This document shows positions 36,267 to 49,955 of a stretch of 64,000 nt of DNA, in pieces. The notes under the pieces are model-generated. The model did no database searches. It was not told where the DNA came from and saw only the letters and a list, made by a program, of their open reading frames with translations. Both the position numbers and the translations under genes were made by a program. Source of the stretch: Podarcis filfolensis (taxonomy: Eukaryota); assembly GCA_964270895.1 (NCBI GenBank), contig OZ185438.1; one strand, 5' to 3'. Within the stretch, counting starts at the first letter, position 1; every line of letters begins with the position of its first letter.

Positions 36267-39200
36267 TGCGCAGAACAAAATGCTCTAAAGCCTTTTTGTC
36301 AATGAAAAGAAGGAAAGACACTGCAGCTGTGAAACTCAACTGGACGAGGAAGCACTTGAAGAACAACCATCAGCTCTGCTCCTTCAGCTTAATAGAGCCC
36401 TTCACATCCCTTTCCAGTTTAGCATCCTGCTAGTAAACATTGTCTCCTGCATTCATTCATTCATAAAGCTGAATTCAGTAACATCCTCCAGACATTTCTC
36501 TCACCTCTGTTTCCGGCACAGGAGATGGTCCACAGGAGATGAGAGCACTTGCTTGGCCAGCATCAGGTGACGATTTGTGCCAGCTCAGATGTCTCCCGTG
36601 GCTTTTCTTTCTCTTTAAGTTGATTAAATAGACCTTCTGTGGCTGCTGGTGCATCACGAATGGAAGGAGGAGGGCTGAACTTTGCTGCAGCTTTTGCTCG
36701 AGCTGTGTATTTCACTCTTAGACAAGTTTAGCTCTTATTCCCCCAGGGCCAACAAGCCACGTATGGTGATTTCTCCTCGTAGGAAGTTTCAGCTGAAAAT
36801 CAAATCAGCACCTACAGATTAGAGTGTTAGGATTTTGTGGACACACAGACCTTTAGCCTGGGAGCAGAAAGACGAGCAAAATATGAGGATTAGTCAGTGG
36901 TTTAATTTGACATGCATTTTGGAACCCTTTAGTTTATATGATATCACCATAACTCACAGTGACCAGAATAGAATGCAAACACTAGATCCCTTGTCATAGC
37001 TGTCCAAGCACTGAACTGAGATGGGTGAGGGAGGGAGAGAGAGAGAGAGAAGGGGAGGGGAAAGCAGTCATTTTACAAGGAGTGCAAGCCAGAGGATCTG
37101 ACATTGAGTGACCTGGGTGGAAATCATGCGAGCAACACATTTCTTCAAAGGAGTGACAAAAATAGCCCCGAAATTATGTCATATAAAGCAAGCTCTGTTT
37201 ATTGTGGGATGCAGGCATAAATGAGTTCCAAGCGAGCTTGAACTTCCTTGGACAGTCCATCACATGGCAGATTTGCAATGGGAAAACAAATGTAGTCAAA
37301 TTAAATATAAGGAGTAAGAGATTATCAGTCCTTATCGCCTGTGTCTTGGGACATCCAATTCCCCTCGGGGGCTAAAAACAGTCAGATGCACTCACCCTGC
37401 TAGCTGGCTGGCTGGCTTGTGACAACCTTTGGATCTATTTGATTGAAATGCCTTTTTCGCAGCTCTCATTTCTAAGTAAAAAATAAAAAATGCAGGTATG
37501 TGAGTATGAAGGCTGACACAATCCTGGGGAAGGTACAAAATGACTTTTGGAAAGAGAACCCTGGTCTGCCTTATTGGTAAGTTTCTGCTTTTGAACAATG
37601 GGGGTGAAATGTTATTATAGTTAAGTCCTATCATATATGCTTGACCTGGTAGTTTACAAAGGGACACAGCTGATTATGCAAAGTGTTTATGTTTCCTTGG
37701 AGGATCTTGATTTCATCCATATTAATTTCTAATGTATTTTAAGTGGATAAGACATTTGTCATACACCACAAAGTATGCACCTCCTTTCTGATGTGATTTG
37801 TTCCCTGCTACTTCATTGTAACAGTATTGAACATGCACTGGCAAAGCAATCAAGGACAAATAGCTATGGAATCTTGTCAGCCAGAGTGGGAACAAATACT
37901 CAAAGCAGTGACATTTTGCAGCTGTCCAGGCATATCCCATTTTACACTGTAAGTCAAGCTTTCAGTGTTTCTTCTGTATATAAAAAAATTGCACGTGCGT
38001 ACGAAACTAGTGAGCCACAAGAAAGAATTCTAGCCTAGTTTTCTCCCTGACATTTGTTTTGTATGTAGAGGGAGATACGTTTAATATGGGAAATCAGGAG
38101 AATTCAAACATACTATTTCTCCCCTTTCAGTCTGCATTGGTATGACCCAGGAAAAACTGCACCATGTGACTGCTCTGATTCTATGTTTCTTTCAGCTTAT
38201 TGGTCACTTATCAATAGATGGTTGCACTATTGAGTTGCGTTTTGCACGTATGAACGAGCCATTATGGATCAGATATTAAAGACAGGAGTTCCTTATCTCA
38301 TATGGTGTCAGATCACAGAGCTACAAGTCTTAGAGCGCTGAGTCACCTAGTGATAAGAGCTCAAATAATGTGTGCACATGGACACACCTGCTCCTTGCGC
38401 TTTCAATTTCATTTGGGGGAAGGGCAGTGTACATTATTTGCATGCAGAAGGCACCAGAGTCAGTCTTTGACATCTCCTGTTAAATGGATCAAAAAGCAGT
38501 TTATGTGAAAGTCTTGACTACCAGAAAGATAGAATAATAGACAAATATTCTGGCTGGCCATAAGGCAACTTTCTGTATTAATCTGTAATTTTGATTCTAT
38601 AGGTATGGTACTTTTATCTTTATGGTCTGTTGTTTGTATACCCTTCTAATGTAGGGTCAGAGGGGTTGAATAGGAAATGCATGCATCCTTGCTATACCTC
38701 CTTTGGGTTTGGGCAAATTGGGCATAGGTACATGCCAAGTTAGTCAGTGCACCTGTGTGATAAAGGATGGATAAAGTTGTCCCAGCTGTCTGGAACTTGA
38801 GTCTTGCAGAAGTTGTAGCTGCCAAGAGGAGTGCAAATAGGCCTTTAAAATAAGGTGTGAAAAACAGGATAGCCTTTTAAAAGAGGAATCTGACAAAGGA
38901 TCCCACCAGGAGCATAACTTAATAGATGTTTTGTTTTGTTTTTTTTTAAAATATTTTTCATTAGCCATAGCAATAAACAGAAATGATGAAAAATTGAAGA
39001 AAATGTTAGCACAATGATGTTACAGAGATAATCGTGGAAATTTCAGGAATTTAATTTTAATTTGACTATATTGCAGGGACAAAGAATCTTACAACAGACT
39101 CAACTTTCAAGGAAGGAGCTTGAGAATTACAAACAACCTATTATCTAATCTTAGGCACTGCAGGACACTGATGTGTGTGTGTGAATGTACCACTTTAGAA

Positions 39201-39494
39201 GAAAGGAGGTGGATTGTACCCAAAATGAGTGTGGATTGAGTTATGCTACAGAGTATGAGGTGAGAATAACTGGATATAGTTAAAGAAATGTAAAGTATGT
39301 AGATATAGAACTATAGGGTAGAATACAGTATATGATAAGATAAATGTTTATTATTAGGTTGAGGGGAGATATTGTTTAAGAAAAAAACCATGATTAAACA
39401 AAGCCAATGTTTGGGGGAAATAAGGGATATATAAGATAGATGCAGTAGATGGGGGGGGGAGGGAAATTCTGTCTGTGACTTTCAATCCAAAAAT

Positions 39495-39720
39495 GTGTGT
39501 GTGTGTGTGAAATTTCTATACTGCCCTTCAGCCAAGGATCACAAGGTGGTTTATAATATAAAAACAAAAAAATACAAAACATCATAATACACAATACATG
39601 CTCCCTCACCCAACCATGTACCGTAGTTTAAAAGGCCATAGATTGTTTGCTTAGCCAAAGGCTGGGACAAAGGGATTATTTTTTTCCAGGCACAAAAAAA
39701 AGCAGAAGAAAATGTTGCAT
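39495..39720 (-). mobile_element. L2-type LINE 3' fragment
   Basis: ATTTCTATACTGCCCTTCAGCC...GGTGGTTTATAATATAAAAAC...GCCAAAGGCTGGG pattern typical of squamate L2 ends. Confidence 0.55.
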
Positions 39721-39865
39721 ATGCCCACATAGATTCCCTGAAGAAACACCCTAAAAATGATGGCAGCGATTGAGGATTGGAATATAACAATTCTTTCTTA
39801 ATTGTCCTGGAGTGATTGAATGTACCTGTATGTAATACACCACTCTAGTCAACCAGTGATCAATC

Positions 39866-40030
39866 AGATGCCCACAAGAAGCCCACAAGCAGAGCCTGAG
39901 CTCAGCAGCACTCTCTCCATGTGCAGTTCCCAGAAACTGGGTTCAAACGTATATTGCCTCCAACATTGGAGGTAGAACACAGCTACCATGGCTAAATTGA
40001 GAGTCTTAACCTCCATGGATTTGTCTTCAT
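39866..40030 (-). mobile_element. CR1 3' region fragment
   Basis: CAGATGCC...AAGCCCACAAGCAG...CCTCCATGGATTTGTC matches the CR1 3' segment. Confidence 0.65.
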
Positions 40031-41529
40031 AACTCTGCAAGCTTTGAGATGACACAGAAGCACACCTGGAATCTTTGAGTGGGTCACAGAGATGCCTTGG
40101 TGCTCTGCCCCATCCCTAGTCCCAACAGAAGGATAAATTTATTGAGACAAATTAGCGGGGGGGACGGGACACCATGGATTCCCTTGAATTATGGTCTCTC
40201 ATAAGGCTGCAATACCAGGTTACTAAGCACATGCCCTGGAGTAAGCGTGTTTAGAACTGAGGTATGCTTTTGTCCTGTGCCACTGCCATTCCTGTTGATC
40301 CAACTTGGGCTGCAACTTGAACTACTGACCTTTCAAGAGCCGCTCATATCCACAGGGACAACTGAAGTATGTCAGATATTCACCGCATCTGAAGTCTGTG
40401 ACTGACAGGTTTATTTCAGGTGAGTCCAAAGCCTGAATCCTCCTGGCTGACCCTGTATAATTGGCAGCCATGAAAAGCAACCACTATGGCTTGCTGCAGG
40501 AATCCTGCATAACTGGTTCTTGGAGTGCATCAGTGCTGCATGAAAAGGAAGACCTGTGGGCACTTTGATGGGCTATTAGCAGGCAGAAAACATTGAAGCT
40601 TTTGTTCCTTCTAAGAAAATTGCTCACAGAAGATTTTGTACAAAGGGCGCACTGAATGTTGAGCCTCGTTTTATGCAAACCTCTAGCAACTGTGGTTTTA
40701 GCATGTACAATACAGTCCATTCTCTCCTCCCTTTCATTTGTTCATTCTAAACTGAAGTAGCAAAGAAGTTGGTTCACTCTTGTTTAGCCATAGACTGTGT
40801 TTCTGCAAACTTTTTTATATTGGTGTAATAACATCAAAGGTAAGTACCTCACTTATAGCATCAATTGACTCATTTGTATTGCCCTTGAGTATATCTACAT
40901 GTACTTCCTCTTCAAGTTACAGCAGAAGATAATTTCCTTTCTGTTGTGTTTCATTCTTGTTGGCTTTTCATGTTTCAATGTTGTTTTCTGCTTTATTTCT
41001 GCATACTCAGGTGTCTCTGAATGTAGAGTGGCCTACAAATTTGGGGATAAATAAATGATATTCTAGGAGGCAGGGCTCTGCATGTGAGCCCTACAGAGAC
41101 TATGGCTGCATTCCTATACCTGCAGTACTGGGCATAAGCCATGTTGGACTTACTTCTGAGTCGAAATGGGTAGGGTTAGGGAATAAGCCTCACTTTCCTG
41201 TCTCCTCATACTCGGACAAAAATCCCCCTTAATTCTAGAAACTGGCCCTGTGCCACTTGCCAGACACTTTGAACTACACTGTTAACAATAGGGATTATCT
41301 TCTGCACATTTATAAGAAGTGAATGTGCACAGCACATAGGTCGTTTTGTTTGCAGTGTCTGGCTTTTTGTTACTGTTCCATCAGTGCCTTCTTTACATTT
41401 CCAGACTACATAATTATTCCTAATTTACTCTTCAGGCAATATTCATTGTTATGTGTGAATGGAGAGAGTGAGTCTCACCCTCCTTCCGTTACTTTCCAAG
41501 GCATAGTATAGCTTTTCTAGTTTAGAAAT

Positions 41530-41866
41530 GAGGGAGACCAGGCCAGAGAGCACACAAACCACCAGCTCCTGACAGAACCATCAACAGCCTGAGAGAACTG
41601 TTGGGGTAGTTCCTCCTACATCTGCCTTGCAGGTCTCTGTGACCTGAGGAAAGGCAGAAGTGAGGGAGGCCAGGCTGAGGAGCACACATACCATCAGCTC
41701 CCAAAAGAGACATCAGCAGCCTGAGAGGACTGTTGGGGCAGCTGTTTCCCCACCTTCCCAAGGGCTGCCAAGAGCTGTGTGTCCTGAGGAAAGACAGAAG
41801 AAAGGGAGCCCCATCAGGGAGCACACAAACCATCAGGCCTCAGTTGGCCTGAGAGGACTGTGGCAC
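41530..41866. repeat. Diverged tandem repeat, about 2.5 units of 132-140 bp
   Basis: Ordered motifs GGGAG...GAGCACACA.ACCA.CAG...GCCTGAGAG.ACTGT...CCTGAGGAAAG.CAGAAG recur at about 41530, 41662 and 41802. Confidence 0.8.
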
Positions 41867-42706
41867 TCTACCTTTTTATATAATGTATTTGTTTTAGGGT
41901 TTTAAAATTGTAAACTGCCTTGGCCAAAGATGACATATATATTCAACTGAGAGAAAATTCTGAGATTTCAAGCAATGCCTTCCATCCAATATGGGCAGGG
42001 TAACTGGTGGGTCAGACAGGACTGTGGAAACTTGCTGATGCTTGTGAAAGTAAGATTCTTCACAGACCCAGGAAAAAATGGAGAAATGGTCTGAGCAAAT
42101 TCTACAGTGCACCTGTTTTGCTTTCCTCACATTTGGATTGGATGTGATCCCAAGCAATTGCCCTCTATTGAGAAAGGAGTAGTTGGCACACATGATGAAA
42201 ACTTACCCTAGATATGTTAAAGGGCAGTTCCCTCAAGGTGCATACTTAAGATGTGATGTGATGTCTTATCACACAGACAAGAACCAAACTCTCCAAACTA
42301 CCTTGGGCAAACGCCAACAAAAAGCTAACCTTTAAAACCCTTTGCATCTTGGGAAAGCCAGCTTTCTCTCCCATCTGAACATTCCTGCATCTTGAGATCT
42401 AGTAGTGACAATTTATTGCAAGGGCATTTATCACTGTCAGATTACAGGTAACAACTAAGATGACTTTTTCTATCATAGTCGTGGGACAGCGGAACCATCT
42501 TCTGCAAAAATATTATCCAGATCTAGAACATCTGGCTTTGTTTTTACTGCAATTTTCTTTCGCGTTTTTGAACATGTTATAGTTAGAGCTGCAATGGCCA
42601 CTTGCCACTACTGTCTGAAATATTTATTTAAAGGTTTTAGATATATAGCATGTCTATATTGGATGCTGGACCCTGTCTTTCTTATAATCAAAGGATTGAA
42701 AGAATC

Positions 42707-42725
42707 CACACACACACACACACAC
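42707..42725. repeat. (CA)n microsatellite
   Basis: Direct reading; a (TG)n of similar length lies at about 42823-42840. Confidence 0.9.
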
Positions 42726-44673
42726 CCAAATTCATAGACAAATTTTCAACCTGATTTCATGACTGGGGCCACAGAAGTGAAGAATGGTGTTTCTTCCAGA
42801 TAAATTTGAATGCATGATACAAGTGTGTGTGTGTGTGTGTAGAAGAAAAATGAAATAGTGAAGAAGGAACAACTCTTTGATTATGAAAACACCTCCAGTA
42901 AAATCCCTTTCTCAATTATCCTTCCATTTTTCCACTTGGCATCTGATGTTTGTCTAAAACACCCCCCAAAACCTTGGGCTTGGAATTAAGTGGAAAGAAG
43001 ATAGCCTTTCCTACTGTGTGGCAACCTGAGAAGCACAGCCTGTAGAATATCCTGTGTCTGTATTGAAATCAATACATCAAATCCCTGCAACTGGATTTGT
43101 ACACGCTGTCATCTGAGAGTGAATTTTAGACTTATCAGGAGTTTTGTTACATTTGGTTTTATTATAAGTGGTTTCTGCCAAATTAGCTAAATGAAACTTT
43201 TCAGAAAGGTTACCACAAAGGAAAAGGAAAAGAAATGCACTCTCCCACACAGAACAGCCCCACAAAGGAACCCCAGGATGCCTTCTAGGGCTGCCTAATT
43301 ATACCCTCCAATAAAGGAAAAGGAAGCATTAACACCTGCAAGTGACTTAAGGCCACCATTTCTTTTTTCCTGCTATTTCTTTCTGAAATCAAAAGCGGTA
43401 GTTACAAAATGGTCATTAAAGGATTTCAACAGACCTTGTGTCCTGAAACTATTATTAGAAGTTATAGATAACAGCTCAGAAGCTGGAAATGGAAAACAGG
43501 AGCAAAGCAAGCCATGTGTGCCTATATGGGATTTGGTGGGGTGGCTTGTCTCATGGCATCTCATCTGTGCCAGTGGCATGCCAATGGCCCTTGTGCACAA
43601 TGTACAACAGATCCAGGGGCTCTCATGGATTGTTTACAAGCAGAAGAGTTCACATAAATGAGGGAATCCTGTTGGCACACAAGATCCAATATAATTTCCT
43701 AAGTCTTTTCCAAAATATTACTTCTAGTTTTGTGTAAAAATCCTCCAGGCAATATTTATCACAAAATGTGTTCAGTTAAATTATATCCATCTTACATGTT
43801 GCAAAGATGCAACTTTTGCATGGTTATATCATTTGTACCAGGCGATTTAAAGTGGGGGGGATCTAAGTAGCATATAATGGTGAAAAATGGCTCTAAAAGT
43901 TTGGTCAACTAACTCAACCAGTTTCATATTTCTGGCACCTACAAATTAACTGAAAGCAGTCTGCTTAATTTCCTTCAGGGGTCAGTATCTGGCATCCAAC
44001 AGCAAATGCCTTCAATTTCACTTTCCTCTTCTCCTTGTTAACCTGTTGTTGTTGCTACTGCTGCTGCTGTTGTTCATTTTATTTCTATACAACACCTTAA
44101 AACATCAAATAAAGCAATCCAGAATAAATGTTACTGAAGAAAGTCAAATGTAAAGTATACACTCAAAGCAACATAATTAACAAGAAACTAAAATATTATC
44201 TTAAATATTTTAAAATCAAAACATTGATGTCAACAACTTAACGCAGCCAAGTTAACAAAAAAAATTCTTAAACATTTTTTTAAAAAACACTACAAGAAGT
44301 GAAATATAAAATGCACATTTAAAATAGTATAATTAAGAAGATAATAAAATAGTCAAGTAAAGCATCTTAATTTGTTATACTTGCTTGACATTGTAAATAA
44401 AGAGGAAAATCATCTATGCAAACTAGTCACTTCCTCTTACAGCATGTGTCACATTCATATTATAAAATCAATGAGAAGCTCAAGTATACTTCTTTTTTTG
44501 TTATGGCATGCCTTATCATCTGAAGGGGGAAACAGCTCCAAAAATTGGGTTGACCTGTGCGCTTGTGACTTTTCTTTCAACTCCTGGGATAGTCTCAAGC
44601 CCATTATTGACCTTTATTAACTCTTAGACTTTTGGAGGGAAAGACGTTGTAAAGAAGTAAGCAGGGTTTAAAG

Positions 44674-44791
44674 CAGGGTTGGGTAACCTGTGGACTTACA
44701 AGCTGGACTACAACTTGCATAATCCCTGACCTTTGGTTATGCTGTCTGGGACTGATGAGACCATCTGAAGAACCATAGATCAGCCACCCCT
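44674..44791. mobile_element. Degraded hAT (MER5-like) MITE
   Basis: CAGGGTTGGGTAACCTGTGG...GGACTACAAC...CCACCCCT, same family as the 47569 copy. Confidence 0.5.
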
Positions 44792-44804
44792 CCTTTAGAT
44801 TTTA

Positions 44805-45025
44805 AAATTACATTTGTATCCTTCCTTTCCTCCAAGGACCTCAAGGTAGTGTACATGAATCACCCTCTTTTCATGATATCCTCACAACAACCCTGTGAGA
44901 TGAGTTAGGCTAAGAGACACTAACCAGATCAAAGTCACCCAGTGAGTTTTATGGCTGAACAGGGATTTGAACCCTGGTCTTCCAGATCCTAGTCTAGCAC
45001 TCAAGCCACTACATCACACTGGTTC
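44805..45025 (-). mobile_element. tRNA-headed CORE/MIR-like SINE
   Basis: CCTCACAACAACCCTGTGAG...GTCACCCAGTGAG...GGATTTGAACCC...CCACTACATCACACTGG. Confidence 0.75.
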
Positions 45026-45059
45026 TCTTTATAGTATATATAGCAGAGATAAGAAAAAT

Positions 45060-45215
45060 GGTGCCTTCCAGATGTTGCTGGACCACAGCTCCCATGAGCC
45101 CCAGCCACTATGGTCCTTGGTCAGGTACAATGGAAACCATAGTCCAACAATGCCTGGACTATGTCAACATTGTCCAACAATGCCTGGACTATGTTGAACA
45201 TTGTCAACCACTGCT
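45060..45215. mobile_element. Degraded hAT (MER5-like) MITE with 30-bp internal duplication
   Basis: CCTTCCAGATGTTGCTGGACCACAGCTCCCAT...AGTCCAACAA family signature. Confidence 0.55.
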
Positions 45216-47568
45216 ATACAGTATGCTTTCATGCTACTAGTCCCACTACTCAGGCTGAGAATATTGCTTACAGAGGGTGCCAGATTTTGAGCAAAGCTCT
45301 ATCCTTACATCCTAGTGTAAGGCCACACCATACGTGCAGGAAAGAGTCCTAAAGAAGAATGAGAATACTATGATGCCAACAAAATTTAGAGACTGAGTCA
45401 CTCATGTATCATTTGGGCATGTGGGCAGCTTGCAGATGCTCCAAGTCACATGCGCTTTCATGGCTGTGTGACATTTAGAAGTGTTAAGTGACCTCGGGAG
45501 AGATTATTTGCTAGGCCAAGCCTAGCTAGAGAGAAAAAGAACAGCATGCTTCAATTCATCCTAAATAACCTTGAGCATTAAAAAAAGAGAATGAGTGAAT
45601 GAATGGGCATGGAACAGGATAGTGACTACAGCCGAGGCAGTAACAAACTGCAGAGTTTAAAGGGAGGGGGGTTAATTCAATTGTCCCTCTTTTCCATCAG
45701 GAATTTAGAAAAAAAGATGTAATCTGTGCAGTAATTAGAGACTAAGCTTGGCGCAGATTAACCCTGAAATTTTTAATGATCTTCCCCCACAAAAATGGAG
45801 ACTATAAATTATTCAAGGGACCAATCAGAGGCAATTCATCACTTTTAGATATTTATACTTGGTTTATCTAGGATTCTTTGATGAAATCATTAGCATCAAA
45901 ATGGGAATCAGAGCCCTACGGTTGGTTTTTTGTTTTTTTTTGCAACTGCAATTTTTTAAACACGAACATTAATGCCCCTTAAAGAAGTCGCTGCAGCTGG
46001 AACAAAAAAAAAAATGGTCTGGCATCAAAAATTAATGAGATGTTCTTAAATTATGAATGTGAGAAAGTTAAGAGCTGCTTGGCTAAATGGGGCTTGGATT
46101 AGAGTGAGTCAATACATTTGGAGTAATGAAGATACTTCTGTAAATAAAGTGGGTGGTTATTGGCAAGTTGTGGAAAGCATTGGGGGGGGGGGAGGCAAGG
46201 TACCAGCTATGCAAGCCTGATCTCCATATCCAAATTAACTAATTATACAGAGATTAATGAAGGGAGACAAAAAGTACATTTGGGCTGGTTTCCATTTATT
46301 AAATAATTAAGAAGGAACAGTGTAATAAGTTATGACCAAATGAAATGTGGTTTTGAACTTGCCATTACAATTCTTGTAAATATTTTTTCAGTAAGAATAA
46401 TAAAAGAATAAGAATAGCAGGCACAAGAAGAGGCAAGGTGAACTCGGTGCATTTCCTCTCACATGGCGGTAATGACAAAAATTGACCCTCATTCTTATTT
46501 GACGTTTGGTGGGACGGGGAACAAACTGGTGTCCATGAAAGTTGGTTTTGTCGGCCTAATAGTAGCTGTGAGGAGCAATATTTATTAATGGAAAAGTAAC
46601 TTCTTTGGAGCAGCATCAGAAACAGGAAAATTTGCTCTCCTTAACGTAGGAATCAAAGTCCCCCAACATACCTATCTCTTCAGAAGAAGGCAGTTCACTG
46701 TATGGGAACTACATATTTCACACATGGCAGTGAATCAGGCTTGCACTTGAATAGTCTAGCATTTTTATATTGTTGTAACCTTCCCTGGGACCTTATGGTG
46801 AAGGGTAGAAAGAATCCTGTCAGTCAACCAAGCATTCGCTAGAATAAATCATTTTTGGTTGTTGTCTGAAAGCATCAGATGTTTGCTTTTCTACATAGCA
46901 TGTGGCAAATGCTATCAGTATCATTTTGAACAGTGTATTGGATCCAATGTTCTGCTCTGACTTGAATAGAAATGCTTCTGTTTGTGCCAGGGGGTTCGGG
47001 AAAGTGCCAGTCTTGTCTTCCTCCCCTCTGCAGTCCATCTCATTCTGAAAAGATGTCCCAGGGGGGCTCCCAATCCTCTGGAGCTACTTTTTGGGGTGTG
47101 GGAAGCAGCTTAAGATGGGGGAGCAAAACTACAAACATAGAAGAAGGATCTTTGGCATCAAGCCTATTATTCTAGTTTCATTCTAGTAAATGAAAAACAA
47201 ATGCCCCCTTTTTTTAAAACAGATACAGATAGATGGTAGAAATTATTCCTGGATAAAGAATGCAGCGGATCATTTTATCATGCCTAGTTTGATGTTCTGT
47301 CAGCCACTGGGAGAAAGTGTCTGCATGAATTAATCAGTTGGATGAATTTTCTACTCCAGAGAGGAAGGTGTCACTTGGTAAGTTTTCCCTCAGTGGAAGA
47401 CAGAGGGAAGTGTTTATTTATTTATCTATTCTTGATCTCCAGTGCAGTTCTGTAGGCAGTATCCAGTCAGAACTCTCTAAGTCAAACAAAAAACGTTTAG
47501 GACCATGGACAGCTCCAAAGCCACTTGCTAAACCACCTGCTAATGAAGTTGGATCTGAAGCCTTATGT

Positions 47569-47707
47569 CAGGGTTAGCCAACATGGTGTCTTCCAGATAT
47601 TGCTGGACTACGTCTGTCATAATCCCTGATTATTGGGCCATGCTCACTGGGGGTCATGGGATTTGTAGTCCAACAACATCTGGATGGCACCACATTGGCA
47701 ATCCCTG
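47569..47707. mobile_element. Palindromic hAT (MER5-like) MITE, 139 bp
   Basis: TIR CAGGGTTAGCCAA / TTGGCAATCCCTG; TSD CCTTATGT / CTTTATGT (7/8). Confidence 0.85.
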
Positions 47708-48924
47708 CTTTATGTAAACTGTTGTTATATTTGGATGACACCCTCAGGACTTAATTTGAAGGAAATAGGTGAGGCAATGGTTGTACACAAGAACCTTCTG
47801 ATCATGCACTTAGTATTACAGTATGAAAAAATGTTTGCATTCTATTTGTGATTAAGGATCTGGTCTTAAAACTGTAACCCGGAGAAACCTTCCTGTTATT
47901 AGTAGGGTCAGGGTTCTTTTTAGACACAAACTGTAATAACTACCTTTGACCATAGAGTTCTGTTTCCAGAAACAGATGTCTTTCTAATCAACATTTCTAA
48001 GTTTCTTCATCCCTGAGGACTTAAAATGTTTTTACCTGTTTGCCAATGTAATAATTCCGCACTAAAGGGTTTGCTTATGAAACTCTGAAGCTAAAGCAGG
48101 GATCTATTTCAGAGGGTCACGAACTGTGGTCTGTGGACCACAAGTCCACTAGTGGACTATGAGCTTCATTCAAGTGCTTGGTCTGTGGAGAACAGTTATA
48201 ATTTGAATGTGATATAATAACATATAATATATTCAGTTGGCCCTACAAGTACTCTGGCAGAAGTTTCTCCCATCCACCTGCAATCCTTTAATATTGGATA
48301 TATCAGGGATTTAACTAGTGTGTGCAAGTCTCCACCATTTAGCCATGGAATTTCCAATACTCTCGGTTATTTACTGTCACTTCAAGTCTGAAAGCTGATC
48401 CCCTGATGCATAAAATAGCATAGAAAATTGGGCTAGATGACATTGGTATTCAGGTGCACATTTGAATATGGATGCTGGGGAACCTGTGGTCCCTGATCTG
48501 CCACAGAAGCTGCTCCTTCTTGTGGGTTCATTACCTGAGGTTATGGATAATTTATACATTCAAAACACAGGCAATTAATTTCATCGTATAGTATTTCATC
48601 AATTTTGCCATTAGATTTTTTTATTTAAGCAGCAAAATGTTATCCATGTTAAATAATTCTAGACACTGCTTTTAGGTGTTAAGGAATATAAAATGTTTAC
48701 TGTGCACAATAAAGTTAGCAATATTTAAGGGCCACTGGTTTCCATGAGAAAATTTAACTGTGTATTTAGCTTTCCTATTGGCATTTATAGGACCAAAAAG
48801 AGCTTCTTCTGTAGTGCACACATTGTATATGGAATGTTAACCTTTATATGCATATACTCGGCATATCTATGATATTTATTACCATGCTCTTTTGAGCATA
48901 TTCAGAAAAGCGAATAAAATGAAT

Positions 48925-49226
48925 GCTTGTTTTCTGAAAAAATGTTTTATTTCAATTCTACTTTCAAAATAATACTACATTTATCTCTAATGGTATGATC
49001 AAATTCACTTCATGTATATGTACACATATGCTTTGGTGCGGCTAATATAATCCATATGCTTTACGGTAATCAAAACCAATAACAAGAAAGTCCATAAATG
49101 TGCAAATATTCCTATGACGTTTCTTGTATTTAGGATGCTCACAATCATCATATAAATATATAAACTATTGCAGTGAACTTTCTTCATTACAATCAATTTA
49201 GCTTCTCCATATGCATCTTGGCAGAC
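48925..49226 (-). other. SMPX: Probable SMPX non-coding terminal exon (3' UTR)
   Basis: Minus-strand acceptor catttggattttattttgcag| at 49227/49226 and AATAAA at 48951-48946. Block TCACAATCATCATATAAATATATAAA (+ strand, about 49139-49164) resembles, from memory, the human SMPX 3' UTR. The 3' end is approximate; further AATAAA at 48880 and 48625. Confidence 0.7.
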
Positions 49227-49785
49227 CTGCAAAATAAAATCCAAATGAGATTCATTTGCATTTTTGGAGGAAATACATGGGAATTCTAAAGGGCAATATA
49301 TTCTTATGCATAGAGTCAAACATCATGAGTCACATAAAACCTTCACAAGCTCCTGCTATGTGGGGGAAGAAAGTCTACAGATCAGTCTTGTACTGAAAGA
49401 GGATGGTATTAAAGATGGGTAACCCAACCAACACACTTGTATGTTGGTACAGTCCCACAAGACAATACCCACCCATTTCTCCATATGAATGAGAAATGCA
49501 CATAGTGTTTTTTGTTTCTTAATGTGTTACTAGTCACATTTATTGTGCTTGCCCATCCCCGGATTGGGGCCAATGAGACTTGTAGACCAAAACCCCACTG
49601 AGTCATTTTGCTTTAAGCTTTCATTGGATTGTTTACTATGATATTGTGTGGACTTAGCTAGACATGGTGGGTGGTGGGGTAGCGGGGGAGGCAGATATGT
49701 TTATTCACATGCCAGTCCTGTTCATTTTTAAAGCTGTGTCTCATTTTTGCATCAAAGGGAGACATGGGTGGGGAGCTGGACCATG

Positions 49786-49955
49786 AGACCATAATAAGAG
49801 CTTTGCTGGATTAGGCCCGTGGCCCATCTGGTCCAGCATCCTGTTTTCATAGTGGCCAACCAGATACCTATGTGAAGACTAGAAACAGGACCAAAGTGCA
49901 ACATCTGTCTCCTGTGGTGTCCATAAACTCGTACCCAGAGGCATACTGTCTCTAA
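49786..49955 (-). mobile_element. CR1 LINE 3' end
   Basis: ATAAGAGC...GCTGGATTAGGCCC.TGGCCCATCTGGTCCAGCATCCTGTT...GTGGCCAACCAGAT. Confidence 0.7.

Noticed and set aside
36267-36278. N-terminal extension MFCA of KLHL34
   Set aside because: It starts at TTG; the conserved ATG of MSYFLSYC has a purine at -3.
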